The translations under genes were made by a program, and so were the position numbers. From Minisyncoccota bacterium (GTDB lineage: Bacteria; Patescibacteriota; Minisyncoccia; Phycocordibacterales; UBA6065), in contig JBAZUA010000003.1 in assembly GCA_041661645.1 (NCBI GenBank), positions 22,841 through 86,840 of the forward strand: DNA of 64,000 bases, in the 5' to 3' direction. A model generated the notes under the pieces. That model made no database searches. It was given only the letters and a program-made list of their open reading frames with translations, and was not told where the DNA came from. Shown one piece after another: positions 1-10,529 of this stretch; positions within the stretch are counted from its first letter, which is position 1, and each line of letters starts with the position of its first letter.

Positions 1-1033
1 GAATCTTTCCTTGCCAATTCTCTCATGCGTGAACATCAAGGCTGACAAGAATTCCCTGCTTGTGAGGGCGACTAACCTTGATTGTGGCATAGAGATCAGG
101 ATACCAGCTAAAGTCGAGGCTGAGGGCGAAATTGCCCTTCAGGGAGGCGTTATAACATCACTCCTCTCCGGACTTTCGAAAGAGAAAAATGTTTCGCTCG
201 AACTCAAGGATGGGAATGTTCTCATATCAACGGCATCGAACAGAACTTTAATAAAGGCTTTTCCTGTAGAGGATTTTCCATCAATTCCAAAGATCGACAG
301 CTATAAGAGTGTGGATATGAGCCCGAAGATTCTCCTGAAGGGCTTAAAATCCGTTGTCTACAGCGCCTCGATATCGACCGTAAAACCTGAACTCGCGAGC
401 GTTTACGTGTACAAGGATGACTCTGACCTCGTTTTCGTATCAACCGACTCATTCAGACTTGCCGAAAAAAGGCTTAAGATAAAAGAGACCATAGATTTCC
501 CCTCCGTTATCATTCCCGCAAAGAACGTTACCGACATAATCCGCTCCCTCGAGAACAGTGTTGACGACATCAAGGTCGTTTTCGACAAGAATCAGATAGC
601 CTTCGAAGGGAAGGATATGTATCTCATGTCTCGCGTCATTGACGCGACATTCCCTGACTATAAGAACATTATCCCTAAGGCTTTCGTCACAGAGGTTATC
701 GTTCTTAAACAGGACTTCATCGATTCCCTCAAGACGTCTCACATATTCTCGGACAAGTTCAACCTCGTTAACCTCAAAGCCCTGCCCTCAAAGAAGACCT
801 TTACTATCGCCACCAAGAATAGCGATGTGGGGGAGTATGTGAACTCGATTGACTCAAGCGTCTCTGGTGATGACGTTGACATAAACTTTAACTACAAGTA
901 CATCTCCGATTGTTTCCAGTCAATTGACGCCGACAGCCTCTCCCTCTCCATTGCCGGCATGAACAAACCCCTTGTCATACGCGGGGTGTCAGACAAATCC
1001 TTCCTCTGCCTGGTGATGCCGATGAATAGATAG
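1..1033 (+). CDS. dnaN: DNA polymerase III beta sliding clamp, 5' end truncated by window edge
   Basis: 340-aa ORF; PILSNV-like N-region and overall clamp-like sequence; no upstream stop before window start. Confidence 0.85.
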   Translation, partial: NLSLPILSCVNIKADKNSLLVRATNLDCGIEIRIPAKVEAEGEIALQGGVITSLLSGLSKEKNVSLELKDGNVLISTASNRTLIKAFPVEDFPSIPKIDSYKSVDMSPKILLKGLKSVVYSASISTVKPELASVYVYKDDSDLVFVSTDSFRLAEKRLKIKETIDFPSVIIPAKNVTDIIRSLENSVDDIKVVFDKNQIAFEGKDMYLMSRVIDATFPDYKNIIPKAFVTEVIVLKQDFIDSLKTSHIFSDKFNLVNLKALPSKKTFTIATKNSDVGEYVNSIDSSVSGDDVDINFNYKYISDCFQSIDADSLSLSIAGMNKPLVIRGVSDKSFLCLVMPMNR

Positions 1034-1036
1034 GCC

Positions 1037-1288
1037 ATGTTCAATGTTGCCGACTATTTCAAGAAGTTCTCGAAGATAGAGGAAACAACCTTGACCCTCA
1101 ACGGCTTCATACGAAAAGCCCTTAAAGAGGTGTGTGGTATAGATACTGCCAGTTTTGAGGTGAAGAAGGGCGTGATCATCCTCAAGACCAATTCAATCGT
1201 GAAGTCTATTGTCTTCATGAAAAAAAAAGAGGTTCTCGAGCATCTCTCGAAAACCTCTCCCTCCTCAAAGATATCCGACATCCGCTAA
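1037..1288 (+). CDS. small DUF721/DciA-like protein downstream of dnaN
   Basis: 83-aa ORF 3 nt after dnaN stop; position and size typical of DUF721 proteins near dnaN. Confidence 0.4.
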   Translation: MFNVADYFKKFSKIEETTLTLNGFIRKALKEVCGIDTASFEVKKGVIILKTNSIVKSIVFMKKKEVLEHLSKTSPSSKISDIR

Positions 1289-3837
1289 CCCTCCAGTTTA
1301 ACCGAGAAGGTGGTGCTCGCCTCCGTCTCATTGAACACAGAGTCCCAACCAATGACCCGAATGTCGTTGGTCTCCTGTATGTTCGATATGTCTTTTGGGC
1401 TGAATCTGAAGATAAATGGTGCGCTTTCAAGTGTCTCTACGAATGTGCCGTTGATGTATAGGGATGCTTTTTTGAGCGGATACCTTCCTGTGGCCGATAT
1501 GATAGGGGCCATGTTGTTGTTTTTGTCATACGGTTTGGAAGGGTCTATGTTTTGTATGCCTATGTTTGGCTGATTCGCTGCCGTGTGAACGTCGTCGGAC
1601 TGGGTTGGGATAATGGACGAATCTTGGTCTACATAGCCTTGGGCGAGGGCCCAGGCGCGCACAGGGGTCTCCCAGTGGTCAAACTGCGGATCACCTTGTG
1701 GACTCGCTGGTGATGGTCCGAGCGGGTCATTTTTGTTCACCCAATAGAGTATCGAGTGGATTGATGGAACAACACGCTCCTCCTGTGTCTCAATTGGGGT
1801 GAGGCTGGTCGCCAGCTTTCCGGAGATCTTGTCTATAAAGTAGTTCTGACCCCCTTGCCATAGTCCATACATGACCGGCTTCAGTTTTGTCTTGTCGATT
1901 GGATCCTGATCGGTGAATTTTTCGTCGGGGAATAGGGCGAGGGCCTCTTTCATGATAGAGCTCCAGAGTGGTGCCACGATCTGGCCGGCAACCTTCTTTA
2001 CCATCGGCGAGTTGTCGTTGTTTCCCGCCCAGACGCCTATGACGACATTAGGGGTGTACCCGACGGTCCACGCATCAACCGAGTTGTTGGTTGTTCCCGT
2101 CTTCACCGCAACGTCTCGTCCGGGAAAATAGAGAACCGACTTTGGACCGTATGCGGGCGTACGGGCCTCGTTGTCGCTCAGGATGCTTGATATGGTGCGG
2201 GCGATATTCGGTGGAAGGGCCTGGCTCGGCTGCTGAGAGGGGAGTTTCACCTCTTTGCCCGATGAGTCAAGCACCTGCAGCACGGACTTGTAGGGAACAC
2301 GCATTCCATCATCCGCGAACACGCCATAGGCGCTCGTCATCTCGAGGAGCGATATCTCTCCTCCTCCAAGGACCAGGGTGAGACCGTACTGGTCCGCGTT
2401 GGTGAGACTTGTGATGCCCATGTCCTTTGCCAGATCGAGTGAGTCTTTTATTCCGGCGAGATAGAGGGTCTTTATGGCTGGAATGTTTATCGACTGGGCG
2501 AGGGCATCTCGTAGGCTGATTGGACCGCGAAACTTCTCGTCATAGTTTGATGGATTGTAGCAGACTGATGTCGAGGCCATGGGGTTCAGGGGCTTTCCGT
2601 CCATGTCGCACTGGGCGCTAAACTCCGTTTCGAGGTCGAACACCACCGTGTCGGGCGTGTATCCTTTTATGAATGCCTCCGAATAGATGATGGGCTTCAT
2701 CGTTGACCCCGGCTGTCGGTTTGGCGATATCGCGGCGTTGAACTGACCGTCAATATCCTTGTCGAAATAGTCCCGGGATCCGACCATCGAGAGTATCTCA
2801 CCGGTCTTTGGCGCGATTGCCACCAAGGCCGCGTTTTCAGCATCGAAGTTCTCTTTGTTGCTAAGGGCGGTTGCCTTCACGAGCGATTCAGCCTTGTTTT
2901 GGAGGTCGAGATTGAGCGTGGTTATGACCTTGTAACCGTTGCTGTCGAGCGCACCTGTGCCCAGTATTCCCTCAAGATATTTCTTCACAAAGAACACGAA
3001 ATGGGGTGCTCGTATGCCGTATTGGGTCTGAGGGGAGAAGGTGACCTTTTCTGCCTTTGCCTTATCGTATTCCGCCTGACTTATCTGTTTGGTATCGAGC
3101 AGGATGTTTAACACCAGGTTTTTTCGAGCCTCGAGTTTATCCCTATTCTTGCCGTAGGGAGAGAAGTAGGTGGTTGCCTGGGGAATGGAGGCGAGGTATG
3201 TCGCCTGCGCCAAGGTCACGTCTTTCGAGCTTGTGCCGAAGAACTGCTGAGCTGCCTCCTCGACGCCGTACATGTTTCCGCCGTAGGCCGTTTCGTTCAG
3301 GTATATCTCGAGTATCTTGTCCTTGGGGAGCTGCTTGTCGAGCTTTACGGCAAGAACCCACTCCTTGAGCTTTCTCGATATGGTCTTATCGGTGGTGAGG
3401 ACGGTGTTCTTCACCACCTGCTGGGTGATGGTTGATCCTCCTTGGCTGTATCCGCCGCTCGTCAGGTTGGCGAAGATGGCCCGGATGATAGAAGACACCT
3501 TTATGCCACCGTGGGTGTAGAAGTCCCTGTCCTCGATGGCGACCGTGGCTTTTTTTATGTAGGGGGAGATGCTGTCACCGGCCACGACCGTTCTTTTCAC
3601 GGTGTCATGAAGGTCGAATAGCAGCACCTTTCCGGTTCGATCATATATCTTGGTCGACTCCGAAACCCTTCTCTGGTCAAAGGAGGTCAGGTCGGGAAGC
3701 CTGAACGAGGAAACCCAGAATATTCCGATTCCGACGGCGACGCAGGCGATGGAGAGGATGATGGCCGAGACGTCTTTCAGGGTGTGGGACTTGAGATGGT
3801 GAAGGAGCTTTCGATAGAGGCCTTTTTTCTTGTGCAT
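1285..3837 (-). CDS. bifunctional penicillin-binding protein 1A (transglycosylase/transpeptidase)
   Basis: 850 aa; N-terminal TM; GT51 motifs (EDRDFYTHGG, TITQQ), transpeptidase SxxK/KTG region. Confidence 0.85.
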   Translation of the reverse strand: MHKKKGLYRKLLHHLKSHTLKDVSAIILSIACVAVGIGIFWVSSFRLPDLTSFDQRRVSESTKIYDRTGKVLLFDLHDTVKRTVVAGDSISPYIKKATVAIEDRDFYTHGGIKVSSIIRAIFANLTSGGYSQGGSTITQQVVKNTVLTTDKTISRKLKEWVLAVKLDKQLPKDKILEIYLNETAYGGNMYGVEEAAQQFFGTSSKDVTLAQATYLASIPQATTYFSPYGKNRDKLEARKNLVLNILLDTKQISQAEYDKAKAEKVTFSPQTQYGIRAPHFVFFVKKYLEGILGTGALDSNGYKVITTLNLDLQNKAESLVKATALSNKENFDAENAALVAIAPKTGEILSMVGSRDYFDKDIDGQFNAAISPNRQPGSTMKPIIYSEAFIKGYTPDTVVFDLETEFSAQCDMDGKPLNPMASTSVCYNPSNYDEKFRGPISLRDALAQSINIPAIKTLYLAGIKDSLDLAKDMGITSLTNADQYGLTLVLGGGEISLLEMTSAYGVFADDGMRVPYKSVLQVLDSSGKEVKLPSQQPSQALPPNIARTISSILSDNEARTPAYGPKSVLYFPGRDVAVKTGTTNNSVDAWTVGYTPNVVIGVWAGNNDNSPMVKKVAGQIVAPLWSSIMKEALALFPDEKFTDQDPIDKTKLKPVMYGLWQGGQNYFIDKISGKLATSLTPIETQEERVVPSIHSILYWVNKNDPLGPSPASPQGDPQFDHWETPVRAWALAQGYVDQDSSIIPTQSDDVHTAANQPNIGIQNIDPSKPYDKNNNMAPIISATGRYPLKKASLYINGTFVETLESAPFIFRFSPKDISNIQETNDIRVIGWDSVFNETEASTTFSVKLEG

Positions 3838-3905
3838 TGGTTTACGATAGCATCAAACATATGGCCCCACAAGACAAGGAAAAACCCCTATGATACAGTG
3901 TTTAC

Positions 3906-5141
3906 ATGAAATTCTTCAGCAAGAAAAGTGTGGTTGATACTGACTCAAAAAAGATAGAGGAAATCCTTTCGAGGAGCGTCTCCAGCGTTCTCCCATCACG
4001 TGAGGCCCTTGCCACGGCACTCTCATCCGGCAAGAGGCTCAGGTTTTACATAGGGGCTGATGCAACTGGACCAAGTCTGCACATAGGTCATGCGACAAAC
4101 TTCATGGTTTTGGAGAAGATGAGGAGGTTGGGTCATGAGGTGATTGTGCTTTTTGGCGATTTCACCGCCATGATTGGCGACCCATCTGGTAAGGACTCTG
4201 CGCGCAAGCAGCTCTCGCCAAAAGAGGTGGCGGACAACATCAGGAGTTGGAAAGATCAGGTATCGAAGATAGTCTCATTCTCTGGAAGCAACCCTGCCCG
4301 CATAGAGAGAAACAGCAAATGGCTCGGAAAGCTGTCCTTCGGTGATGTGATTGACCTTAGTTCCCAGTTTACCGTGCAGCAGATGCTTGAGCGGGATATG
4401 TTTGATAAGCGCATGAAGGAAAATAAGCCGATCTTCCTGCATGAATTCATGTACCCCCTCATGCAGGGATATGACAGCGTGGCCATGGATGTTGATGTCG
4501 AGATTGGTGGCAACGATCAAACTTTTAACATGCTTGCCGGAAGGACTCTTCAGAAGAGCATTAACGGGAAAAACAAGTTTGTCATCGCAACTACTCTTTT
4601 GGTAAACCAGAAGACAGGTAAGAAATTGATGAATAAGAGCGAGGGCGGTTACATTGCCCTTAATGATTCTCCGGATGAGATGTTTGGTAAGACCATGGCT
4701 TTGCCCGATGAGGTAATTTTGTCCGTATACACTGACTGTACATATCTCTCCAACGAAGAAATAGAGAAAGAAAGGAAATTTATTTTAGGTGGAGGAAATC
4801 CTCGCGATGCCAAGATACGCTTGGCGCAGGCCCTCGTCTCGATCTATCATGGTGATGCTGCCGCTGCAAGGGCGCAGGAGTCCTTTGTCGGTGCGTTTTC
4901 CACGGGCGCCATGCCATCCGATGCCCCGGAGGCTTCAGTCGCCGCAGACGCTCTTTTGGTTGACGTGCTTCTTGGGGCGAAGCTTGTGTCCTCAAAGACC
5001 GATTTCAGGAGGCTTGTGTCAGAGGGCGCCATCAAGGATCTGAAAGGCCAGGGCGCTATCAAGGCTTTTGATGCCAAAGTGACATCTGACATGGATCTGA
5101 AGATCGGTAAGCACAGATTCCTGAAAATAAGCCTAAAATAG
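3906..5141 (+). CDS. tyrS: tyrosyl-tRNA synthetase
   Basis: HIGH motif (LHIGHAT), KMSKS-like (KLMNKSEGG), C-terminal S4-like domain. Confidence 0.9.
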   Translation: MKFFSKKSVVDTDSKKIEEILSRSVSSVLPSREALATALSSGKRLRFYIGADATGPSLHIGHATNFMVLEKMRRLGHEVIVLFGDFTAMIGDPSGKDSARKQLSPKEVADNIRSWKDQVSKIVSFSGSNPARIERNSKWLGKLSFGDVIDLSSQFTVQQMLERDMFDKRMKENKPIFLHEFMYPLMQGYDSVAMDVDVEIGGNDQTFNMLAGRTLQKSINGKNKFVIATTLLVNQKTGKKLMNKSEGGYIALNDSPDEMFGKTMALPDEVILSVYTDCTYLSNEEIEKERKFILGGGNPRDAKIRLAQALVSIYHGDAAAARAQESFVGAFSTGAMPSDAPEASVAADALLVDVLLGAKLVSSKTDFRRLVSEGAIKDLKGQGAIKAFDAKVTSDMDLKIGKHRFLKISLK

Positions 5142-5159
5142 CCCTTATTTTAAGGCATG

Positions 5160-5190
5160 AAAAACACCTCACTTGAGTGAGGTGTTTTTC
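5160..5190. terminator. bidirectional rho-independent terminator
   Basis: aaaaacacctcacttgagtgaggtgttttt: perfect hairpin flanked by A- and T-runs, between tyrS (+) and acidic ORF (-). Confidence 0.7.
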
Positions 5191-5222
5191 GTTCGTGGTG
5201 AGCTCTATGGGGATGGCGGCTC

Positions 5223-5471
5223 TTACCAGCTTTCTTCCTCGTCCACTAAGAAATCCTTGATGGGGTCATCGTCCTCGCCGTCCTCGTCCTTGTTGTCGAG
5301 GGGGTCCTCTATCTCGGCCTCCTCGTCGGCGGTCTCATCGTCATCGCTCGCCACTTTTTTTGGGCTCGGATCGTCCTCGCCCTCCTCCTCAACCTCTTCT
5401 TCCTTTTCGGGCGCGAGGGGTTTCTTTACCTCCTCAACCTCCTCCTTTTTTACGATTTTTTTCTGTGCCAT
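5223..5471 (-). CDS. small highly acidic protein (hypothetical)
   Basis: 82-aa ORF, KKEE-rich N-term then D/E-rich; bracketed by terminator; opposite-strand ORF is Ser-rich low-complexity. Confidence 0.4.
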   Translation of the reverse strand: MAQKKIVKKEEVEEVKKPLAPEKEEEVEEEGEDDPSPKKVASDDDETADEEAEIEDPLDNKDEDGEDDDPIKDFLVDEEESW

Positions 5472-5667
5472 GTTCCTTGTGAATTTCTAAGTGCTATATT
5501 TTTAGCAGATATAGTTTTCTATTGCAATGAGCGGGACATGTGGATAACTTGCTCCTGGGGCCTACGGCCAAAGGCACGGATATTTTCCTGCCGGAAAATT
5601 CCTCGAGCTCGGTCCGTCGGCCTTGCTAGTCCTTTAGCCGTAGGCCCCACTCGCTTGTGTGAAGATA

Positions 5668-6144
5668 TTAAAACTTTTCGATCGCGAAACACGTCAGTCC
5701 AACGGCGATGGCATCGTATTCGTCGTCGTGCTTTATCTCCTTTTCGATGGATATGAGGCGGGGGACCATCGAGATGACCTGCCGTTTGTCGCTCTTGCCG
5801 TATCCGGTGACCGCGACCTTGATTTGGCCTGGGCCGTATTCGTAGACGGGCAGATTGTGGGCGGCTGCCTGATAGAGGATGACGCCGCGGGCCTCGGCTA
5901 CGGCGATGGCACTTTTCTTGTTCTCGCTGAAGAACAGGCTCTCGAGGCAGAGGGCCCGTGGGGCGTATTCGGAGATTACCCGTGCGAGTTCCTTTCCCAC
6001 GAGGCCGAGTCGTTCGGCGTGGGGGATTTTTGCTGATGTCTTGAAGCAGTCCGAATATATCAAAGTCTCCTTCTGGCGGGGGAGCCTTTCGAGCACGGCT
6101 ATGCCGAGGCGCTCGTATCCGGGATCAATGGCGATGATGCGCAT
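5668..6144 (-). CDS. ruvC: Holliday junction resolvase RuvC
   Basis: MRIIAIDPGYERLGIAV N-terminus, 158 aa. Confidence 0.85.
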   Translation of the reverse strand: MRIIAIDPGYERLGIAVLERLPRQKETLIYSDCFKTSAKIPHAERLGLVGKELARVISEYAPRALCLESLFFSENKKSAIAVAEARGVILYQAAAHNLPVYEYGPGQIKVAVTGYGKSDKRQVISMVPRLISIEKEIKHDDEYDAIAVGLTCFAIEKF

Positions 6145-6189
6145 GGGTATATGATAACAAAAAAGCGACCCGTGCCGCTTTCCCGTTTT

Positions 6190-6717
6190 CTATTCTACGT
6201 TAGTGAAGATTTCCTGAACCTCCTCGCTTTCCTCGAGGGCGTCCACCAGCCTTCCGAGTCCTTCCAGATCCTCATCCGATATGTCGACGGTGGTCGTGGC
6301 CTTCCAGCCCGCGCCCTCGCGGACGAATGCCCAGGCGGCGCTGCCCGGGGCGGCCAGAGAGAGGCCGTTGTCTGACAATATGTGCTTCACCTCCTGCGCG
6401 GCTTTGTTCTTGTTGGTCGTGAGGGCCTCGATGAGGAGGGCACAGCCGCCTGGTCCATAGGCCTCGTACATGATTGCCTCGAGGGCCGCGCCTGGCTCGG
6501 AGGCCTTCTTTACGGCACGATCGATGACGTCACTCGTCACGTCCTCAGCCTTGGCCCGCTCGATGAGGGCGCGCAGGGAAGGGGAGTTTCGGTCGCCTTT
6601 GACCACGCGTGCCTCGGCGGATATGAGCTTCGAGTACTTCGAATAGAGCTTTGACTTGGCCCCGTCGGTCTTGGCCTTCTTGTTCTTTATCTGTGACCAT
6701 TTGTTGTGTCCTGACAT
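6190..6717 (-). CDS. yebC: YebC/PmpR family transcriptional regulator (short form)
   Basis: MSGHNKWSQIKNKK signature N-terminus. Confidence 0.8.
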   Translation of the reverse strand: MSGHNKWSQIKNKKAKTDGAKSKLYSKYSKLISAEARVVKGDRNSPSLRALIERAKAEDVTSDVIDRAVKKASEPGAALEAIMYEAYGPGGCALLIEALTTNKNKAAQEVKHILSDNGLSLAAPGSAAWAFVREGAGWKATTTVDISDEDLEGLGRLVDALEESEEVQEIFTNVE

Positions 6718-6768
6718 GGAAAGTATTTTATACGAGCAGCCTGTTTTGTCTATAGTCTTGGATAAAAC

Positions 6769-7812
6769 TTACAGCCCAAGATCGCCCTTCTTGATTTTGA
6801 GATGCCCAAATGCCTTTTCCGTCGCTTTTCGTCCGCGCGGGGTGCGCTCGATGAGGCCGAGCTGGAGCAGATATGGCTCGTGCACCTCCTCGACGGTCGC
6901 CTCCTCCTCGGCAAGCGATGCGGCCAGGGTGTTCAGACCCACGGGTCCGCCGCCGAACTTGTCTATGAGCGTGTTCAGGAGGTCCCTGTCGTTCTGGGTG
7001 AGGCCGAGCTCGTCTATGCCGAGCATGGCAAGGGCCTTGTCGACGATGGCGGGGGAGACGGCCTCTTTCTCGACCTGGGCCAAATCACGGACTCGTTTGA
7101 GCAGGAAATTGGCCGTACGGGGAGTGAATCGGCTCCGCTTGGCAATTTTGTCTGATGACACTGGGTCTATGCCGATGCCCAAGACGCGTGCCGATCTGTG
7201 CACGATCTCTTGGATTTCTTTATCGGAGTAAAACTCGAGCCTGAATGTTCCACCGCTGAATCGCGAACGTAGTGGCGCTGACAAGAGGGCGATGCGCGTC
7301 GTTGCCGCGATGAGGGTGAACGGCGGAAGCTCGAGTTGAATGGTTCGCGCGCTCGGTCCCTTGCCGATGATGATGTCGAGCGAGCCTGATTCCATTGCGG
7401 GGTAGAGGACTTCCTCGATGGTCTTGTTCAACCGGTGTATTTCGTCAATGAAAAGCATGTCGCCCGGTGCCAGATTGGTGAGAATTGAGGCGAGGTCGCC
7501 GACCTTTTCGATTGCCGGTCCGGAGGTCGTCTTTATCTGGGACGAGGTTTCTTTTGCTATGAGATGTGCTAATGTGGTCTTCCCTAGACCTGGTGGTCCA
7601 TAGAAGAGTATGTGTTCGGGCGGATGCTTTCGCTCGGCGGCGGCACGGAGGAGGACCCGGAGGTTCTCTTTTATGGATTTTTGGCCTATATATTCGTCCC
7701 ACGAGGAGGGTCGGAGGGTCTGGTCGAGGAAGAGATCGTCATTTCCAAAGGAGCCTTTGTCTTTTGGGCTTTTGTCGCCATGGGCCTCTGGGTGTGTAGG
7801 GGTACTTGACAT
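6769..7812 (-). CDS. ruvB: Holliday junction DNA helicase RuvB
   Basis: Walker A GPPGLGKTTLA, AAA+ RuvB-like throughout. Confidence 0.9.
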   Translation of the reverse strand: MSSTPTHPEAHGDKSPKDKGSFGNDDLFLDQTLRPSSWDEYIGQKSIKENLRVLLRAAAERKHPPEHILFYGPPGLGKTTLAHLIAKETSSQIKTTSGPAIEKVGDLASILTNLAPGDMLFIDEIHRLNKTIEEVLYPAMESGSLDIIIGKGPSARTIQLELPPFTLIAATTRIALLSAPLRSRFSGGTFRLEFYSDKEIQEIVHRSARVLGIGIDPVSSDKIAKRSRFTPRTANFLLKRVRDLAQVEKEAVSPAIVDKALAMLGIDELGLTQNDRDLLNTLIDKFGGGPVGLNTLAASLAEEEATVEEVHEPYLLQLGLIERTPRGRKATEKAFGHLKIKKGDLGL

Positions 7813-8162
7813 ATGTAACGCTTCGTGCTAAGATAGATACATGTTGGTGATTTGAAAGTCGGTCTTCCAGAGTATAAATCTCTAAGCAATTGAACCTTAC
7901 GGTTTACTAGTTGGTATTCTCGGGACGTTCTGGTTTGCACTCCGGTGCACTTCTGGGGCTATCCTAAGAACCCTGCTTAACTTTAGATGCATGTCTTTAA
8001 GTATTGCTTAGAGATTTATGATCTGGAATGTGAAGAGCTCGCTTCTGCCGTAAAGGTGGGTGCGGGCTTTTTTCTTTCCATATACTACTCTTCTTATTCT
8101 CGCCCGCAACAGTCTTTCAGCAGGGGAACATGCATCCATGTGTAAGTAAAACTTGACGTGAA

Positions 8163-9848
8163 TTACTCTAGTTCGGCGAGGTCGATGACTCGCTCGAGCT
8201 CGTCGAGCGACGTCACTCCCGAGAGCACTTTCATGATGCCGTCCTCCCGCATGTCGGGTATGCCCTGGATGCGGGTGGCCTTCTTTATGTCTCGCTCGCT
8301 TGGGTTGACCTCGACAGCTTTCTCGAGTGCAGAGTCCGTTGTTACGGCCTCATATATGCCTATTCTGCCCTTATAGCCGCTCTTGTTGCAGAGTGTACAG
8401 CCTTGGGCGGCCCAGATTTTGTCCGTCTGTATCACGTCACCAATCGCTCGGTCCTGGATTCCGGCGACCACGGACGCGACGCGGATCCTCACCTCTCCCT
8501 CGAGTGGCATCTCTTTTTTACAGGCGGTGCAGAGCTTTCGCACGAGCCTCTGGGCGAGCACGACATTGATCGCAGAGGTCATCGTCTTCGGATTCACGTC
8601 GAGGTCAATGAGGCGAGGATATGCGCCTGCGGCGGAGTTGGTGTGGAGGGTCGAGAAGACGAGGTGTCCCGTCTCTGCCGAGTCGACGGCGATCTTTGCG
8701 GTCTCCTCGTCTCTGATTTCTCCGACCATGATCACGTCGGGGTCTTGTCGCAGGGCGGATCGGAGTCCAAGGGCGAAGGTGTAGCCCTTGTCGGGGTTCA
8801 CCTGGGTCTGCACGATGCCGGGGAGGTGATATTCGATAGGGTCCTCGATGGTTATTATCTTCACATCCGGCTTGTGGAGCTTTCGAAGAAAGGCGTAGAG
8901 GGTCGTGGTCTTTCCAGACCCGGTCGGACCGGTGTTCAGGATCATGCCGTTCGGTCGAGAGACCTCCTTGAGGAGTATGCCGAGGAGCTTTTCGGGAATA
9001 CCCAGGTCTTCCAGGGGAACCTGAATGGACTTTGGGTTGAGGATTCGGAGCACGATGGACTCATTGTAGGCACCTGGCAGTATCGAAGTTCTGATCTCAA
9101 TGTCGTCTTCGCCGACCTTCACGCTGAAGCGACCGTCCTGCGCCTCGGTCTTGACGTTGAGCTTCAGTCCCGAGAGGAGCTTGATGCGGGAGAGCAGCAG
9201 GCCAAAGGTCTCGAGGTCGAAGTTCAGTATGTCGGTGAGCACGCCGTCGAGCCTGTAGCGCAGTCGCACATAGCCCTCCTCAGGCTCGACGTGTATGTCC
9301 GAGGCTTTTGTCGCAAGTCCGCCAGAGAGGACGATCTCGAGGATTTTCGATATGCGGAAGCCCTTTTTCAGTTTGATGACATCCTCCATTGCCGCCTTCA
9401 CGTCCTCGATGGTGTGTATCTTTCCGATGAAGGTGCGTATGTCCTCGCTCGAGATGTCGAGCGCGCCCGCCTTGGTCTCGGTTGAGAAGGAGAGGTCCGA
9501 ATAGCGCGCCCAGGCCTTCTCGAGGCTCAGGATTGAGGCGATGTACACGACTGTCTCGTATCCCTTGGTCGTTACGGCATCGAGTGCGGCGAGGGTCTTC
9601 TCGTTTGCGGGGGAGAGCACGGCTATCTTGACGCGCTTGCCGACAAGACCGAACGGGGCGATCTTCGCCTCGCGCGCATCCGCCTCGGCAATCACGCGGA
9701 GGGCATCCATGTCTATGTGGAGGGGGCCGAGGTCGATGTACTCGAGGTCCTGTCGAGAGGCGGTGATCTGGGCGAGGTCCTCCTCCTCCCTTTTCCTGAA
9801 TTCGTCGAGCTTTTTATCCTGCTTTTCTTCGTCAAATGAGATAGACAT
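8163..9848 (-). CDS. pilB: type IV pilus assembly / type II secretion ATPase (PilB/GspE family)
   Basis: 561 aa; Walker A GPTGSGKTTT, Asp box, His box, tetracysteine CxxC...CxxC. Confidence 0.85.
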   Translation of the reverse strand: MSISFDEEKQDKKLDEFRKREEEDLAQITASRQDLEYIDLGPLHIDMDALRVIAEADAREAKIAPFGLVGKRVKIAVLSPANEKTLAALDAVTTKGYETVVYIASILSLEKAWARYSDLSFSTETKAGALDISSEDIRTFIGKIHTIEDVKAAMEDVIKLKKGFRISKILEIVLSGGLATKASDIHVEPEEGYVRLRYRLDGVLTDILNFDLETFGLLLSRIKLLSGLKLNVKTEAQDGRFSVKVGEDDIEIRTSILPGAYNESIVLRILNPKSIQVPLEDLGIPEKLLGILLKEVSRPNGMILNTGPTGSGKTTTLYAFLRKLHKPDVKIITIEDPIEYHLPGIVQTQVNPDKGYTFALGLRSALRQDPDVIMVGEIRDEETAKIAVDSAETGHLVFSTLHTNSAAGAYPRLIDLDVNPKTMTSAINVVLAQRLVRKLCTACKKEMPLEGEVRIRVASVVAGIQDRAIGDVIQTDKIWAAQGCTLCNKSGYKGRIGIYEAVTTDSALEKAVEVNPSERDIKKATRIQGIPDMREDGIMKVLSGVTSLDELERVIDLAELE

Positions 9849-9974
9849 GGCACTATTGTAGCCTTTTGGGGCTGTTTTAATACCATTGACAAAGCTGTAT
9901 TATTTAGTATAATAGTATGAGTGGGGTGGCATGTCGCCATATGTACAGAAACTCAGTCTTTTCCTTACTCAGTC

Positions 9975-10469
9975 ATGAAAAATCAAAAACAGTTCCTTGT
10001 CAGCGTGCTTTTGTCAGTCTTCGGCCTCGTGTTTCTTTCGGGATGCACGCCGTTCTACGGCCCCCGGGTCATAGTGCAGCCGCCCGCCCTCAGCAAGTAC
10101 GGGGACAAAACGCCCTCAAGGAACCTCGGTGCAGTTAACATCCCCTTCATGGGAAGCAACTTTACCGCGTCAGGGGATCTTTTGGACGTGCTGAACGACA
10201 CCCCTTATATTCTGGTGGTATCGTCCGGAGCGCCCCATGAGATCTATTATCTCCAGCCCGGGGCGAACTATCGGTTCAATCTAGGTGCCTTTGGAGGGGA
10301 CCGGACCGCCATTGTTTACTATTATTACGAGGTGTTGCCGCAGGATGCACCCCGGTCAGTCGGGCTTAAGGAGTATGTGCGTTCGCGCGGGCCGCGTCTC
10401 AAAAGTTACACGGCAGTGGCCTACGTCGATGACAAGGGCAACGTGTGTATCAGGCGAGGACGTCGTTGA
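9975..10469 (+). CDS. lipoprotein (hypothetical)
   Basis: Signal peptide + lipobox LVFLSGC; start chosen at MKNQKQF. Confidence 0.5.
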   Translation: MKNQKQFLVSVLLSVFGLVFLSGCTPFYGPRVIVQPPALSKYGDKTPSRNLGAVNIPFMGSNFTASGDLLDVLNDTPYILVVSSGAPHEIYYLQPGANYRFNLGAFGGDRTAIVYYYYEVLPQDAPRSVGLKEYVRSRGPRLKSYTAVAYVDDKGNVCIRRGRR

Positions 10470-10529
10470 TGTCTCGACCTGTGTCAGTTCAAGGGATTCG
10501 CTTCACGGCGGATCCTTTTTTGTTGGATT

